DNA from: Phoronis australis
Lineage: Eukaryota; Animalia; Phoronida
Length of the DNA stretch: 64,000 bases
Direction of reading: 5' to 3'
Assembly (NCBI GenBank): GCA_002633005.1
Contig: NMRA01000115.1
Coordinates: 11,996-75,995 of the forward strand
The notes beneath the pieces are model-generated. The model saw only the letters and a list, made by a program, of their open reading frames with translations, did no database searches and had not been told where the DNA came from. Positions within the stretch are counted from its first letter, which is position 1; every line of letters begins with the position of its first letter. Shown here piece by piece: positions 53,401-64,000 of this stretch. Both the position numbers and the translations under genes were made by a program.

Positions 53401-54760
53401 ATGAATACTTATTTGTTCACGTGTAACCTTGCACATGGATTTTAAATCAGGTGTTCATGCAATAGTTTAATTTGATTACGCTCAAGTTAATTGTTGGTGT
53501 GCTCTATGAATAAGGATTTTTTAAAACAAAAGGATGTCGCGTATAGCATGTAGTTAAAAGACGTCGCTCTCACCCAAGCACAAGGTACATTGGTGTTTGA
53601 TGCCTGAATTTTGATTTACACAATTCGGCCGAACTTCTACCATGTTCACGAGAAGTGACGTGTTTAATTAGGATTGAATGTACAGTATACCGACAACATT
53701 ATGTCCTGGGCAATTCTATAACTACATGTTCGAAGGTCTAAGATTTCGTTTACTCGCTATTTACACTAGGCCTAAACCTGGGAAACTGGTGCATGTGCCG
53801 AAAGTTTTAGGTGCATACAAAATTCCACGTCAGATTCACAACGTTTTCGATGTAAATGTCTCACAAAGGTACATGGCAAGCCTGCTTTTCGCCCCAGGTA
53901 TTGTGAAGCACTAGGGATACAAATAATATTTTCATAGTTGTAACATGATTGATGAAGGTTTAAAAAGTCTACATACGCGTGTGTTATAATGAGCAAGGAC
54001 CCACCAACTAAATTCTCTTTGACTGCTTTATGCGACGGTTGTTTGTTTACACCATATGAAAGACCTGAGACCTCATTCAGCTATAATACGCATGGCTGGA
54101 GGAAATGTTATTTTTCAACACGATCCTAAGTATATCAAAACTGGATATTTCAATGGCACAAGTTCACACCCGGGTAACACGAGTACCAATCAATAGCAGC
54201 CACACGACACCTTCAGGATGAAAACAAATCAATAGCAGAGGGCGCGACGAATCAAATAGAGTTTTCTCCAGTAACATTGTTGAAAAAATACTACATAAAA
54301 GAAGTGATGTCGCATGTCTTGTATCTAAACGATTTTCAATCTTAAAGTCTCACTGTGAATAAATATTATTTATGTGTCATTAGGATTTGCTCTTGACTAG
54401 CCGTTATTTTGATGGACTATATTCCTTACTGTTGCTTGACGTTTGATTATTTCAAAATCGCAATGAGTTGTACGGCACTCCAATCTGAACAGTGGAGAAT
54501 GCAGGTTATAAGTGACCTAAGACCATTAAGCTTCCTGCGAATGACTATCTTTCGTCAGTTTAACCTGTCCACTGCCATCCGAGAATATCTATAACTTTAC
54601 CTTTAGGCATTCCGCAAGGCCCAACTGTTCGGCTGTTGTCTAGGAAGTCAAGAGCTAAATTTCTGGCTGGAGGAAATGTTAGCTGGACGTGCCCACTTGC
54701 CATAGATAAAAATAGCACGGCCATGGCAAACATGTTGGTCAAGATGTCTCTTATATCCAT
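22798..54760 (-). CDS. nahoda: Multi-exon type I membrane protein: signal peptide, His-brace LPMO-like domain, 2xEGF, 2xDOMON, SEA, TM, cytoplasmic tail (nahoda-like), ~1375 aa
   Basis: Exons in transcript order: 54760-54601, 52817-51711, 51130-51057, 48574-48486, 47653-47523, 47180-47085, 44376-44254, 41238-41147, 39610-39538, 38707-38459, 36867-36664, 36354-36148, 34929-34742, 30585-30524, 26203-25923, 25677-25559, 25397-25339, 25059-24890, 23441-22798. All GT-AG, phases chain without stops, total 4128 nt; start context GCCACCATGG. The 38459 donor was chosen by phase. The symbol rests on remembered similarity to Drosophila nahoda (PMDCTDIVIG, DYYTRDRSTPR, DELKYHG), not on a search. Confidence 0.88.
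24890..25677 (-). CDS. Three exons encoding a SEA domain
   Basis: KTFVARVLLLDQTFTYDLKDTKSAAYLNLEKDVIRG | FDESFANVAGYNRTEVQGFS | KGSVVANVEMIF...LGQLSVDPSYI. Confidence 0.8.
25923..34929 (-). CDS. Three exons encoding DOMON domain 2
   Basis: CDYIATW...IDFEIGGKTNNNQWIGIGFSKDKFM | PNTDVIITWVTKDGTVVASDR | WIGSSYAAPRTDAKQD...VRFARLPVTADDKED...ITKH. Confidence 0.85.
34181..34338 (-). mobile_element. MITE copy (family of 6401-6555), intronic
   Basis: CAGGGGCGGATCCAGGATTTT... reverse-complement similarity to 6401-6555. Confidence 0.8.
36148..41238 (-). CDS. Five exons encoding DOMON domain 1, interrupted by an EP-rich exon
   Basis: FDLYFRVIQ | TSDEVEFVMKVNGDSYAALGWRPR | GMSATC...(EPTS-rich) | TDLHPMDCTDIVIGAA...DYYTRDRSTPRFD...TTILFRKRLN | ATEPQDH...FIWSCG...ELKYHG. 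Confidence 0.88.
40800..41059 (+). mobile_element. MITE copy with a second small element nested inside
   Basis: Outer ends CAGTGGCGGATCTAGG / CCTAGATCCGCCCCTG, flanks ACTTC/ACTTT; inner segment starts CATGCGCGCAACCAGGGGG (also at ~18474 and ~40108). Confidence 0.65.
43925..44075. repeat. Cluster of direct and inverted CGTAAAATGTAACAA motifs (probable MITE relic)
   Basis: About four direct copies and two inverted TTGTTACAT copies. Confidence 0.55.
44254..47180 (-). CDS. Two exons encoding EGF-like domains
   Basis: DSPRENCSGHGSYTDSQCHCDRLYSGKFCQFK (47180-47085); DECWTNTDCGEYGKCIDTDSTFYPKMQCYCQIGWFGTNCSK (44376-44254). Confidence 0.9.
44607..44733. repeat. Near-perfect ~125-bp palindrome
   Basis: GTCGTTATCCCCA...GTGGATTTTGGAGAAT / ATTCTCCAAAATCCAC...TGGGGATAACGAC. 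Confidence 0.75.
45846..45922 (+). repeat. tRNA-derived SINE head or tRNA pseudogene
   Basis: A-box-like TGGTGCAGTGG and B-box GGTTCGAAACC at Pol III spacing; no convincing cloverleaf. Confidence 0.45.
46577..46730 (-). mobile_element. MITE copy (family of 6401-6555), intronic
   Basis: CAGGGGCGCATCCAGGATTTT...GTCAGACATTCGCACCCCCGAA...GAATTTTAGGGGGCCATGGCC. Confidence 0.8.
47523..54691 (-). CDS. Histidine-brace LPMO-like domain (exons 1, 3, 4, 5), split by repeat exon 2
   Basis: Predicted mature N-terminus HVQLTFPPAR...GPCGMPK; APGPVTHLKAGTRFNVSWHMAYPHR | GGFLIEILNQ...NDTT | TSNYEVEIPSNMTCENCSIRLLRQALEWGSTYQFWSCADVNI. Confidence 0.8.
47890..48222. repeat. Diverged inverted repeat (foldback/MITE relic) in an intron
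   Basis: CGTCTCTGTTCATC (~47993-48006) pairs with GATGAACAGAGACG (~48114-48127); similarity extends ~100 bp outward (CCGTCAGT / ACTGACGG). Confidence 0.55.
49005..50321 (+). mobile_element. Kolobok family A derivative with two THAP-side ends (~315-bp inverted arms)
   Basis: TTAA at 49001-49004 and 50322-50325; same AGGCGAAGG termini as 15745-17434; decayed THAP ORF from 49273 (MPRCCCVPGCTHYRLTRALG); right arm is an inverted copy of the left end including the THAP 5' codons. Confidence 0.9.
51711..52817 (-). repeat. Coding minisatellite exon: 36-bp/12-aa EPE(G/V)TS-EPESTA units, 369 aa, phase 1-1
   Basis: Acceptor ATTCCAG|TA at 52817, donor G|GTAAGT at 51711; 1107 nt, open throughout. Confidence 0.9.
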
Positions 54761-57700
54761 GGTGGCGTGGAGACCTGGAATTAACCGTTTAATCATTTTG
54801 ACATAGAAATTGTTTTAAAATAAAATTTTATGCAATAAAACGCGTCTTGATCGACAAAATGCCAGAAAGTGATAAAAATACGTCATCTGCAGGACATACC
54901 TTCACAATTAGAGCGGAGATATTTATTATTGTTATTATTATTCATTCAGAAAATACACACGCGTTATCAATACATTCTTCTCAGATCAATGTTTAGTGGT
55001 CTGTATTAAGTTTAATAAAAATCTATTTGGTAATGGCACCCGATCGTTTCTGCCAATCACTCTAGCTTCCCATCAAGCCATGTTAATGCCATTTCAAGAA
55101 TCACGCTTTCTGCTTAGTAAATCAATTCTTTGAAGAACAATCAACGAACAGTAAGAGTTGTGTTCGGTTGTCATGGTGAAGTTGTAGTCATAGAAACCAA
55201 CAGTGTATTGATGTTCACAAGAACCACCTAATTAGACACAGTGCCGTCCATAGAGTCGGTGACAAGGGAAAGCAGTTAATGAAATGGGACTTGCTCATAA
55301 ATGATTTACATGTTTATCTTAACCTGAAGGCTCCAAAGCTTCGGTGTTTGCGAAGTTTCAGTCAATGTGAACACTTAACTCCGGCCTTGAGTCGAGGTTA
55401 ACAGCGTCAGTTTAGTCCGCAGTAAAGGGGTGAATTTAACAGTGAACCGTCGACGCTTCGCTAATTAAAAATGGGAACGCTTAACTTCGATGCCAAGGTA
55501 ATTATCGGCAGGGGTCACAGCGACTAATTAATATTTTTTTTAACATTTTTAATATTATTTTTTCAGAACAGCCATCCTGTTTCAATTTATCCTTGTATTT
55601 GCTGTATTCTTTACATTACCAAGAAATCTCTGAACGTACGCAAACCGAGTTCCCGCATTAAGCCATATACTGCTTTTGTAAAGATCGGCTGATACCTTGC
55701 CATGATTCAGCCGAATAACTCCGCAGCTGGTGGCAGCCGTAACACTTTTGGCGGTTAACCAAAGTTAACATCGAAGCCTCGATAGTAACGGAGTTAACTG
55801 CATGACAATACGTTTCTTATAAGTTCAAAGTTGGGTAATATGGATCTGCCATGAATACGTCGTTTACACAAGTTACCAACGCTGTTACTGTGGTACATGT
55901 ACCTATATTTTGACAGGTCCACGTTTAAAGCTGACAGGGGTAAACTACATGTATTTTTATCTGACTTGCTACTTATTTGATGCAAACACAAATGTTCTAT
56001 CAAAAACTACCTTATTAAAGGAAAATGTTTAGAAAATCCGTGAATGGAGAGAAAAGTTGTTCACATGTAAGAGTGGTCAAGAAACGTATTTTTCAGGATA
56101 AGGTATTTCCCGTCACGGCCTTGACACCGGTACGAAAATTCACGTTTATTCTTTGGAAATGTAAAACACTGGAAAATAAACAAAAATATTCAGATAACAA
56201 TCAATACATTGATTTTTTATTTAATGTTAGCATATTCGGAATATTTGTGCTGCCAAAATTTTCCACATAGGCGTTTACTTAGAAATATATGCTCAAAGAT
56301 TTCGTTTGCCGTGTTATGATATCATGGTGCTGCAGTAGACCCGTTCTAACTTTCGTCACCTCTACACGGCATAGACAAAGTTGTCATTATTGGTAAAATC
56401 TCAAAAATGTTTTTGGTAAACACGGGAATTAGCCCAATGTGCTAATCTTTATGGTTCACAGATGGTGTGCCCTGAGCTTCAGATTTGTAAAGATTGGGTT
56501 TCGTCGTTTTTTAGAATGAATGCGTTTAAATTTACATGTAAGTGAATACTCCTCCAATACTTTGTTTTACCAACTGTCTGGAGTAGTTGCTAAGGGTGGT
56601 ACATAATCATTTTGGGTCCCAATTGTTTGCACATAATGAAGTTGTCCATTTAGCCTTACATTGTTTAGGAAGTTAATGTGGTACAATGGTGTTTGCACAA
56701 CACAATAAATTAGTTATTGTCCGTTATTGCTATGGCAACCATCGATTGCATGGATTAAATTGAGGATTTCTAAGGGCAGGGGCTAAAGTACGTTTCGGAT
56801 AGAAAACAGAAAAGTTACAGTAGTTTGCATTCCAAACAACTGGTTTTGTCTCCAGTATGAATGAAATAAAGCTTCCACTGCCAGGTATATGAAATAAAAA
56901 CCTGAAACAAAAAGAGAGTTGTTTCATTTCTGCCGGGTCTGTTTCATTGGCAACAATTTCGTGACAGCTTGTTTAGAGGGCATATTTTTCCTAAATGTGG
57001 ACGTTGTTTTTGTCGCTACGATTCAGTCGTGTGCATGTAATTTATTTGTTTCCGTGTCTACTTTTTGCCAGGCGTTTTAATTTTGGGGACAGTATCGCTT
57101 TGGCGGCGGAAAATAAATTTTGGAGGCAATTGTTGGATGGGATGTTGTCATGATGATTTTGAAGGATAACTGAGGAATGGTTATAATTATTTAAACGTGA
57201 CGATAGATAATATCGCTATAGTTCTAGTATGATCTGTCTGAAAAGCCGTGTTGGCTGAAGATTAAAAGTTGAACAACAGGTTTCGGTATATTCTGGGCAA
57301 ACCAGGGCGCCGTTAAGGATGAACTATTCAAAAGTAAATTCTAAAAACGATGCCTAGTCATTGACGAACACGAGTGCCAGGAGGATTTGTCTCTGAGTTA
57401 ACTGGATATACGTACAGGTTATACAGAAATGGCTTATTTATTATTGAAAACTATGTGGAATGTTTACATTGTCAACAAGTACCACTGAGCTCTAGGAAGA
57501 TTCAGATGAACTAACGACAAACTAGCAGTTGACTGAGATTGGCAGACACGCTGGAATTGACGAGGGAAAAATGCATTTATTTTTCTATAATAGTATTGGA
57601 GATAAATTGAGAAAGGTAAATGACAATGATAGGCATCTATTACGGTCATCATGACCGAATCAAATTGTTTTGAACTACTGGGAGAGGCAAAATATCATGG

Positions 57701-60299
57701 TGCTGTGATAAATTTACTGCAATTGTGTTTTTATATTGAGTTGTGTATAATTTAGCACATGGGACGGGGGCCATTAGACTTGGAATAAATTTCATGTGGT
57801 AGACTTTTTGAAATTACGAGCTCTGACTAGAGCTACAAAACTATAACATTCGCTGGGTTTTTTGGGTTTTCTTTCTAATCGCCAATCATCTCTCTGATCT
57901 TCAGATGGAAATGAAAAACTTCCGAAGACAAAGTATCATAGTCAGTTGACCTATTGCAACATTCTTTTTTCAAATGCTGCTATTAATGAATATTTTTAGG
58001 TATGCAACGCACTTCAAAAGCAGTACTGTGGCTGTGTGTTTAAATCCGTTGGTGTCCCTAACAATTCTTTACTATAAAATTCTACTCAATCTAAATTATA
58101 AAACAACGAACAAGAAACGTAATCAAAAACTGGATTGTCTTAACCCGGGTACTCGAAAATTGTCGAAGTTATTCTTATTCTTCGTACATGTACGTCTCTA
58201 CCGTGACTATCAAATCATTGCCCTCTGCTCTCCATAGCAACCACAGAACGTACACGTGTATTATTAACAGTTTTCCAAACACCGCGATAATACCGAGCTC
58301 GTGTATATTAGTATATTAACCATATCTTTCCACCATTACCTTACAACTCATTATACAACTGAGGCAAACTTAATGAATACTTTGAACATGCAGACACTTT
58401 ACCTGGCTACTCGATGAAATAAATACAGGATCTTGAGGAGCGACGCCGCCTGGTACTTCACTAATGTGTTTAAAATCACCAATGCTTTGTAACGATGGTA
58501 GTATGTTTAATCTGTTTAACACACGTCAGCATCGACTTCGGTTCACTTTAGGCAAGTCACAGCGGGTTCTTGACCGTATCGATTCAGGGGATCAATAGGA
58601 AAACTAACAAACAAACAATACCTCCCATAGGTTTCCGATACGAATTTATTTTCTCAAACGAGGCAGCCTTTACCATATATTCAGGCAGCTCATATTGTAA
58701 CCTGATAAAGTACAAAATTTGGACAATGCATCCATTTGATATGCCAACTATTATTAAAAATAAGTCATTTAGAAGTTTACCAAACCAAGTCAACCATTTT
58801 AATAAACCCGAAAATTGAAAGGATATCAGGTACATGTAAACAAAACGCCTCGATATCCCAATCGTAAGTGTGATACTACACTGGTACGTTGCGAGGTTGC
58901 TGTATCTTCATGTAGCATTCGAGATCATATTCTTGTTCGTGTCTTCTACGTTTGCCCTATAGAAGTTAATAGTTTTAATTAGATGCTTTTCAGTTAAATG
59001 AAGGGTTTAAAACTGGATTTTGTTCGTACCTGATTTTGAAATCGAGGACCGGGGTTAACAAACACTGCTGCAAGCTCTACCCTTTGGTCATTACCATGTA
59101 CATACATGCACATGTTTAGCTAAGCTAATTTAAAAAGTTCATTGCATAAAAGCTGACAAAAAACGGAATCGCATAATAGAGTTCGCACGTCTTCAACACT
59201 ATGACATACAGAAGATGATGAAAACAACTAAACTGCCAGATGTCGTGGTTCTTTTATAATTTGAATGTTACATGTCCTACAACCAACAATGTGTCAAAAA
59301 TGACGTTTGATGTTGAGCGCACGGTTGTAAATCCGGTATCATATCATTCCTCGCTCAAACGGACGGTTGGTTATTTAACGACACCTGCGTCCACACTTAC
59401 CCAAGAACACTTAGTCTAGAACAAGTTACTACGGGAACAAGTTGTCACCAGCGCTGTAGTGGGGCGTAGGTGCACGTAGTCGCAGCCAACCACCTTTTGG
59501 CATTTGTTACTCTCGGTGCTCAAGGTGATACGGTGGGCTTTGGGCGCCTACTTACCTCTAATTGTACCACTACAGCACTGGTTGTCACTACATGTATGTT
59601 TAGCAGTAGGCTCCAGTGTGAGGTGGATGAAGTAGTCGCGCAAACGTTTAGTTGCACCAGCGTGAGTGCAATTCGCTCTATGTGAAGTTGTTATTGGGTA
59701 ACTTGTCGTGTCTACACGCCTTTTAGGACTAACATATACAGACGGTTGCGATAAATTTAGGTCTTCTTTAAACACTATTTCTAAAACTGAATTCAAACAG
59801 CACCCAACAACTCAGAGTGAAATTAAACAAACATTAGACAAGTTCCTACTCAAATTATCAGTCACATGGACGTGATGGCATGGTGTCATATATTAACTCA
59901 ACCTATTTCCCACAGATATTTCCAAATGAATGGCTAAATTAGTCCATATTTTCAAAATGTGTGGAAAATCATCGTCCTATTTCTACTTTACCTTAATTCT
60001 ATTTGTAATACTTTTGAAAAGGGTGATATATACAGTAGACTCGGTTATACAGTCATTTTAGACAATAACTGTTCATAATTAGGTTTTTGCAAAGAGCAAT
60101 CTGAAGAATTGACCAGAGTTGAAGTTTTAGATAGAATTGCCACGAGCATGGAAAATAGTAGTTCAACAATTGATAGAATTGTCGATCTCCATCGTTTAAA
60201 AAGAAATTTGTCTCAATCTATCATTTTATATTACTTAAAAATCACAGTTTTTATAGTTTCAATCTTTGTCAGTTTCTAAAGATAGAAAATAAAAACAGA

Positions 60300-61950
60300 C
60301 ACACTTTTCATAAGGCAGGGTGTTGCTTAAGGCTCTGTTTAGGACATCATTTGTTTTCCATACCATTAAATTATTTCACAAATTGTACGGATTTTTCCAC
60401 TGCATATGCAGTTGACACCACTCTCACTAACGCCAGGAATTACGAGTTGAGGCAGTACGTTTATTTTAAAAATCTGCACAAAGGCACGCAAGCAAGGGTA
60501 ATGAAGGTTCGAAACCTCATGATTTGCCAAGCGATGGGTAAAACGCAAATCCCGCAACATTTTTGCTCGTATCAGATGGACAAAAGCATGTAACCATGTA
60601 ATAAGGAATTTTTACCTGAGCAACCCTAATTTCGCTTAACAACATTACCAGAGGACAAGGCGATAGTTTCACCAAATCTATAATGAAAGTCAAGTGTTTA
60701 GGTATTTCGTGTTTTTTAATAGACTCTGTTGTTCGCTTACAGTGTACATCTCGAATTGCGATTGATGCAGTGGCCTCAAAACTATTCAAAGGCGATGTCT
60801 TTAACTGAGTAAAATTCAAAGAGATTTTGTTTTGGAATCTAATTTAAGAGACAGTGATGTTCATGTACCATTGACTGAGACGTGATTTTTCACAGGAAAC
60901 CTTGAATGTTCTACTTCGCGAATACCTGCCTCAACTAATGATGTAAACTTCTAAGAACCGTATCGACCAGTCTGTGTTTTTAGCCAGGTATCTAAAAAAC
61001 TATTGATTTTAACTCAATGAAAGTATATATTTTCGGAACATAGAACGTCTTCAGAATTAGATTTTTGATTTTGCATCGCTCTCCTCAAAGTTGGAATAGT
61101 AACAATTAGCAGGGAATAAAGAGACGTCCATTGCAAACAACAGTACACAAATTACCAAATTTCGTTGACGTAAATGATCAAGATGAAATTTAAAAAACTT
61201 TGTTACAGGTTTTTTTAAATAATAACGATTCGTTTTCACTTTATTCAACTTTTGAAATCACTTTGATAGCATTTTGAAAACAATTCCTAACAACGTACTG
61301 AACGGTAGTAAAAAAGCATATTAATTGGAAGTTTCATTTGTATCCGACTATGAATTTCTGAGATATGATGTTGACCAAATTTTTCGTGGGTCCTGCATAA
61401 ACTTAAAATATTGTAGCTGCACCTTAACGTGAAGCTTAAACACTAAAGTAATTGCAAGCTATGTCTTATGCATTTTGGGCCAAAAGAATCGAAAATTATT
61501 GTCACTTAGAAATGCAGTTCTAAAAATTGGCAATGACAAGAGTTAAAATACTGGTAAGTAGCGGGCCATCCGCGTATTATGCAAATGTCGGAACTGGTAA
61601 AGCAGAGGAATAGGAGAAAAATCATGATGAGTTGCGAATCGCCAACATGCGCGACAAGTTATTGGAATGAGTTAATGCGAAATCGTGGTCAGCTTACCTT
61701 TTGCTTATCTCTTCATCTTCAATTAGGCAAGCAGTGCGTCACAGGTCACAAGGTAAATTGTGATCGAGGGCCATTAACTACTTGCACGAATTCGTCATTA
61801 TGTTTGAAAATCAGGTGCTATGTCCACGCTACAATGGTCCTGCATGTTTGGAACACGGGCGCTTTCGCGTTTGCGTTGTCAGAATTGGTGTGAAAACGAG
61901 GCAACAATGCAAAACAATCATTTTTGCAGCGCCACCAAAATGTGAACGTA
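60300..61950 (+). mobile_element. Possible highly decayed Penelope-like element (GIY-YIG end)
   Basis: ORF 61579 has CESPTCATS and TTCTNSSLCLKIRC...HVWNTG, which weakly resemble the PLE Cys-linker/GIY-YIG region; boundaries uncertain. Confidence 0.3.
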
Positions 61951-62619
61951 GTGGATTCATCATAGGATCAACAGTTCGAATTTTCCAGAAGCCAACAACT
62001 GTATAAACGGAAATCAGTTAAACTGCTGTTAAGGAACAGCCACGTGTCGCCATCTACAAACAAGTAACGGAACGAAAGGTGCGTTTTCACACACCTTACT
62101 TGTAGAGCAGTTAACTTACACTATAGCCTTACAAGTATAAACATGATAAAACAACTAAATGTCAGAGTATCTTGCCACTCGTAACTTAGTAACGACAAGA
62201 ATTGAAATGTTCATGTTTGTTCTTTCACTCGTTAATTGCTCTTAGATGGTATTTTCACTTCAGCCATTGTTCTGATCTAAAAGGACACTAAAGCCTGTTT
62301 CGACGATTTCAACAAATCCTCGTTCTGTCATCTGCTAATGAGTAATTGGCGTCAACCTTCCAAAGTAAAGACAGGAATCAACTTAAAACTCACACTCCCT
62401 ATGCCACAGATTGGACATTATGGTCCTTGGTGGGTGTTTTTCCCCACAGCTGCCTTGTAATTTGCTAAAAGCGTGAATTTTTCTCCAAACTTTTGAGGGT
62501 TGTCTTGGGTTACAGAGCATAATTTTGTTTCCGAGAACTGGGTGGGAAAGTCGTTTTTAGCATATTTTAAAAGGCCAAAACTGGGTTTTGGTATCCTTTT
62601 AAAAAATTGACTTTTGGTC

Positions 62620-64000
62620 AAAATATTTCTTCAGCATATGGACAACCAAATTCTTACTGGGGCAGTACTCTAGGTTACAGTTCCTTAATTATTCCACTTG
62701 ATCACGTATGACGTGAGACTTCATCACGATGTGTTTTTAGCGCGACCGTGTAACTGTGAATCTTTGGTCTGTATATCCAATGGCTGATTTAGGGGGGCAA
62801 GGGGGCCATGATGTTCCCCTAAAAGTCTCCTAGATTCCATTTGGTAGTTGAGGGGTGCGAATGTCTGACGGTCAAAATCCTGGCTAATGATCTACCCTGC
62901 CCCCCAACTCAAAATCCTGCATCCGCCCCTGATACCAGCAACAAATTGGTGGCTTGCCTTCGAAAATCGCTATGAGTTTGACTGGTTTCTTATATAGTTC
63001 ACAAACCAATGGGTTCAGTCAGATCGCTTCTTGGCCACGTACTCAGTTTTGCTTCCTGTTTTGCCAGCTGACAGTAGTTCCGGAAATCTGGAACAAGTAT
63101 TCTGGTGTTGATTTGCAGTCCTCTGAGTCAGCCTCCCAATTAGTATCGGAGAATCTCGCACATTTACATCGACTACCTTCTCATACCACATGCCGTAATC
63201 CGGGTAACCCTTCAGGTGACGCATCATACGACTTACTACAGTCTAGTGTTCCTTGGAAGGTGAACAGAGCTTGGTCACAGTGATTTCAGCGTACATGATT
63301 TCTGGCCTTGTCCAAGTTGACAACTGCCGACTGGTGCTGTCTTTTGGCCAACAGCCCTGCAGTCACCATCCGTCTTCACTCCAATGTCAACCGGCGTCTA
63401 TACAGGTTTTGCCTCAGACATCTTGAACTTCTTAAGATCTCTCATGGCATACGTGTAGCTTGGTTGACCCATTCAGATGCAATCAGGACTCTGTTGATGG
63501 TCAACTATTACCCTCTAGAAAAATGTCAATTTACCCTCGTCTGTGACAGTGAACTTGACTGCAAGGGCCTGCTTAACCACTGTCAAACTTCGTTCATATC
63601 TTGCTACCCATATGATGCCCGATGCTAGAGAGAGGTTTGTCTAGAACTGCGTTCCAGCAACGTGGATATTGTTTAAGGCATGACATGTACTTTTGTGTGC
63701 TCATTCACACGATGTTCCTTGTCTTTGTCTCAAACCCCTCTGGTTGTCTCATGTAATCCCCTGCTTCAATACGCCGTTAACGAATGCAGTTGTCTCAACT
63801 TTTGATAAACTGATGGGTTGTTCATCGCAGGTAGGACAATTAGAGTACGAAAACGCTCCTTCATAGAATGCCTAATCACAGTCCTGGTCGTGTTGCTGTG
63901 AGTACCCCTGTGCAACTAAGCGAACTGTGTGCCTTTGTGTAGACTTATCAGCACCTAACTTCTTTTTGAAGGCCTACTTGCATCTGGGTAGTTTGACTAA
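62620..64000 (-). mobile_element. Degenerate Ty1/Copia LTR retrotransposon RT-RNase H, continues past the window end
   Basis: Across frameshifts and stops: RLVAQGYSQ, YMRQPEGF, LKQYPRCWNAVLD, WTRPEIMYA, MRHLKG, FSDTNWEADSEDCKST, VSWQNRKQ, EYVA, LHGRAK, LEYCPSKNLV. Confidence 0.9.
62780..62931 (+). mobile_element. MITE copy (family of 6401-6555) inserted in the Copia RNase H relic
   Basis: Body matches 6401-6555; Copia motifs lie on both sides. Confidence 0.8.

Noticed and set aside
58403-58470. Candidate non-coding first exon (CAG|GTAAAG donor) splicing to the acceptor at ~54774
   Set aside because: Plausible but unsupported without transcript data.

Overview
AT-rich eukaryotic (invertebrate animal) genomic window from a draft assembly with a few Ns. 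The main feature is a minus-strand gene with 19 coding exons (54760->22798, about 1375 aa), reconstructed by hand from GT-AG splice sites with consistent phases. Its architecture is signal peptide, N-terminal histidine-brace LPMO-like domain, 2 EGF, 2 DOMON domains that keep Met/His heme-ligand motifs, SEA (GSVV), TM and a cytoplasmic tail; from memory it resembles Drosophila nahoda. This suggests a membrane-anchored copper monooxygenase-like domain fused to candidate cytochrome electron donors. A symmetric 1107-bp exon inserts a 369-aa acidic EPExTS repeat, flanked by CxC motifs, between the two predicted Cu-binding histidines. The window also has an intronless class A GPCR frameshifted just before NPxxY, three internally deleted Kolobok transposons (THAP and KolX-like ORFs, TTAA TSDs; one inside a Penelope-like RT, one with two identical ends), an Academ-like relic, a Copia relic and many MITEs. 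Family assignments come from motif recognition, not database searches.
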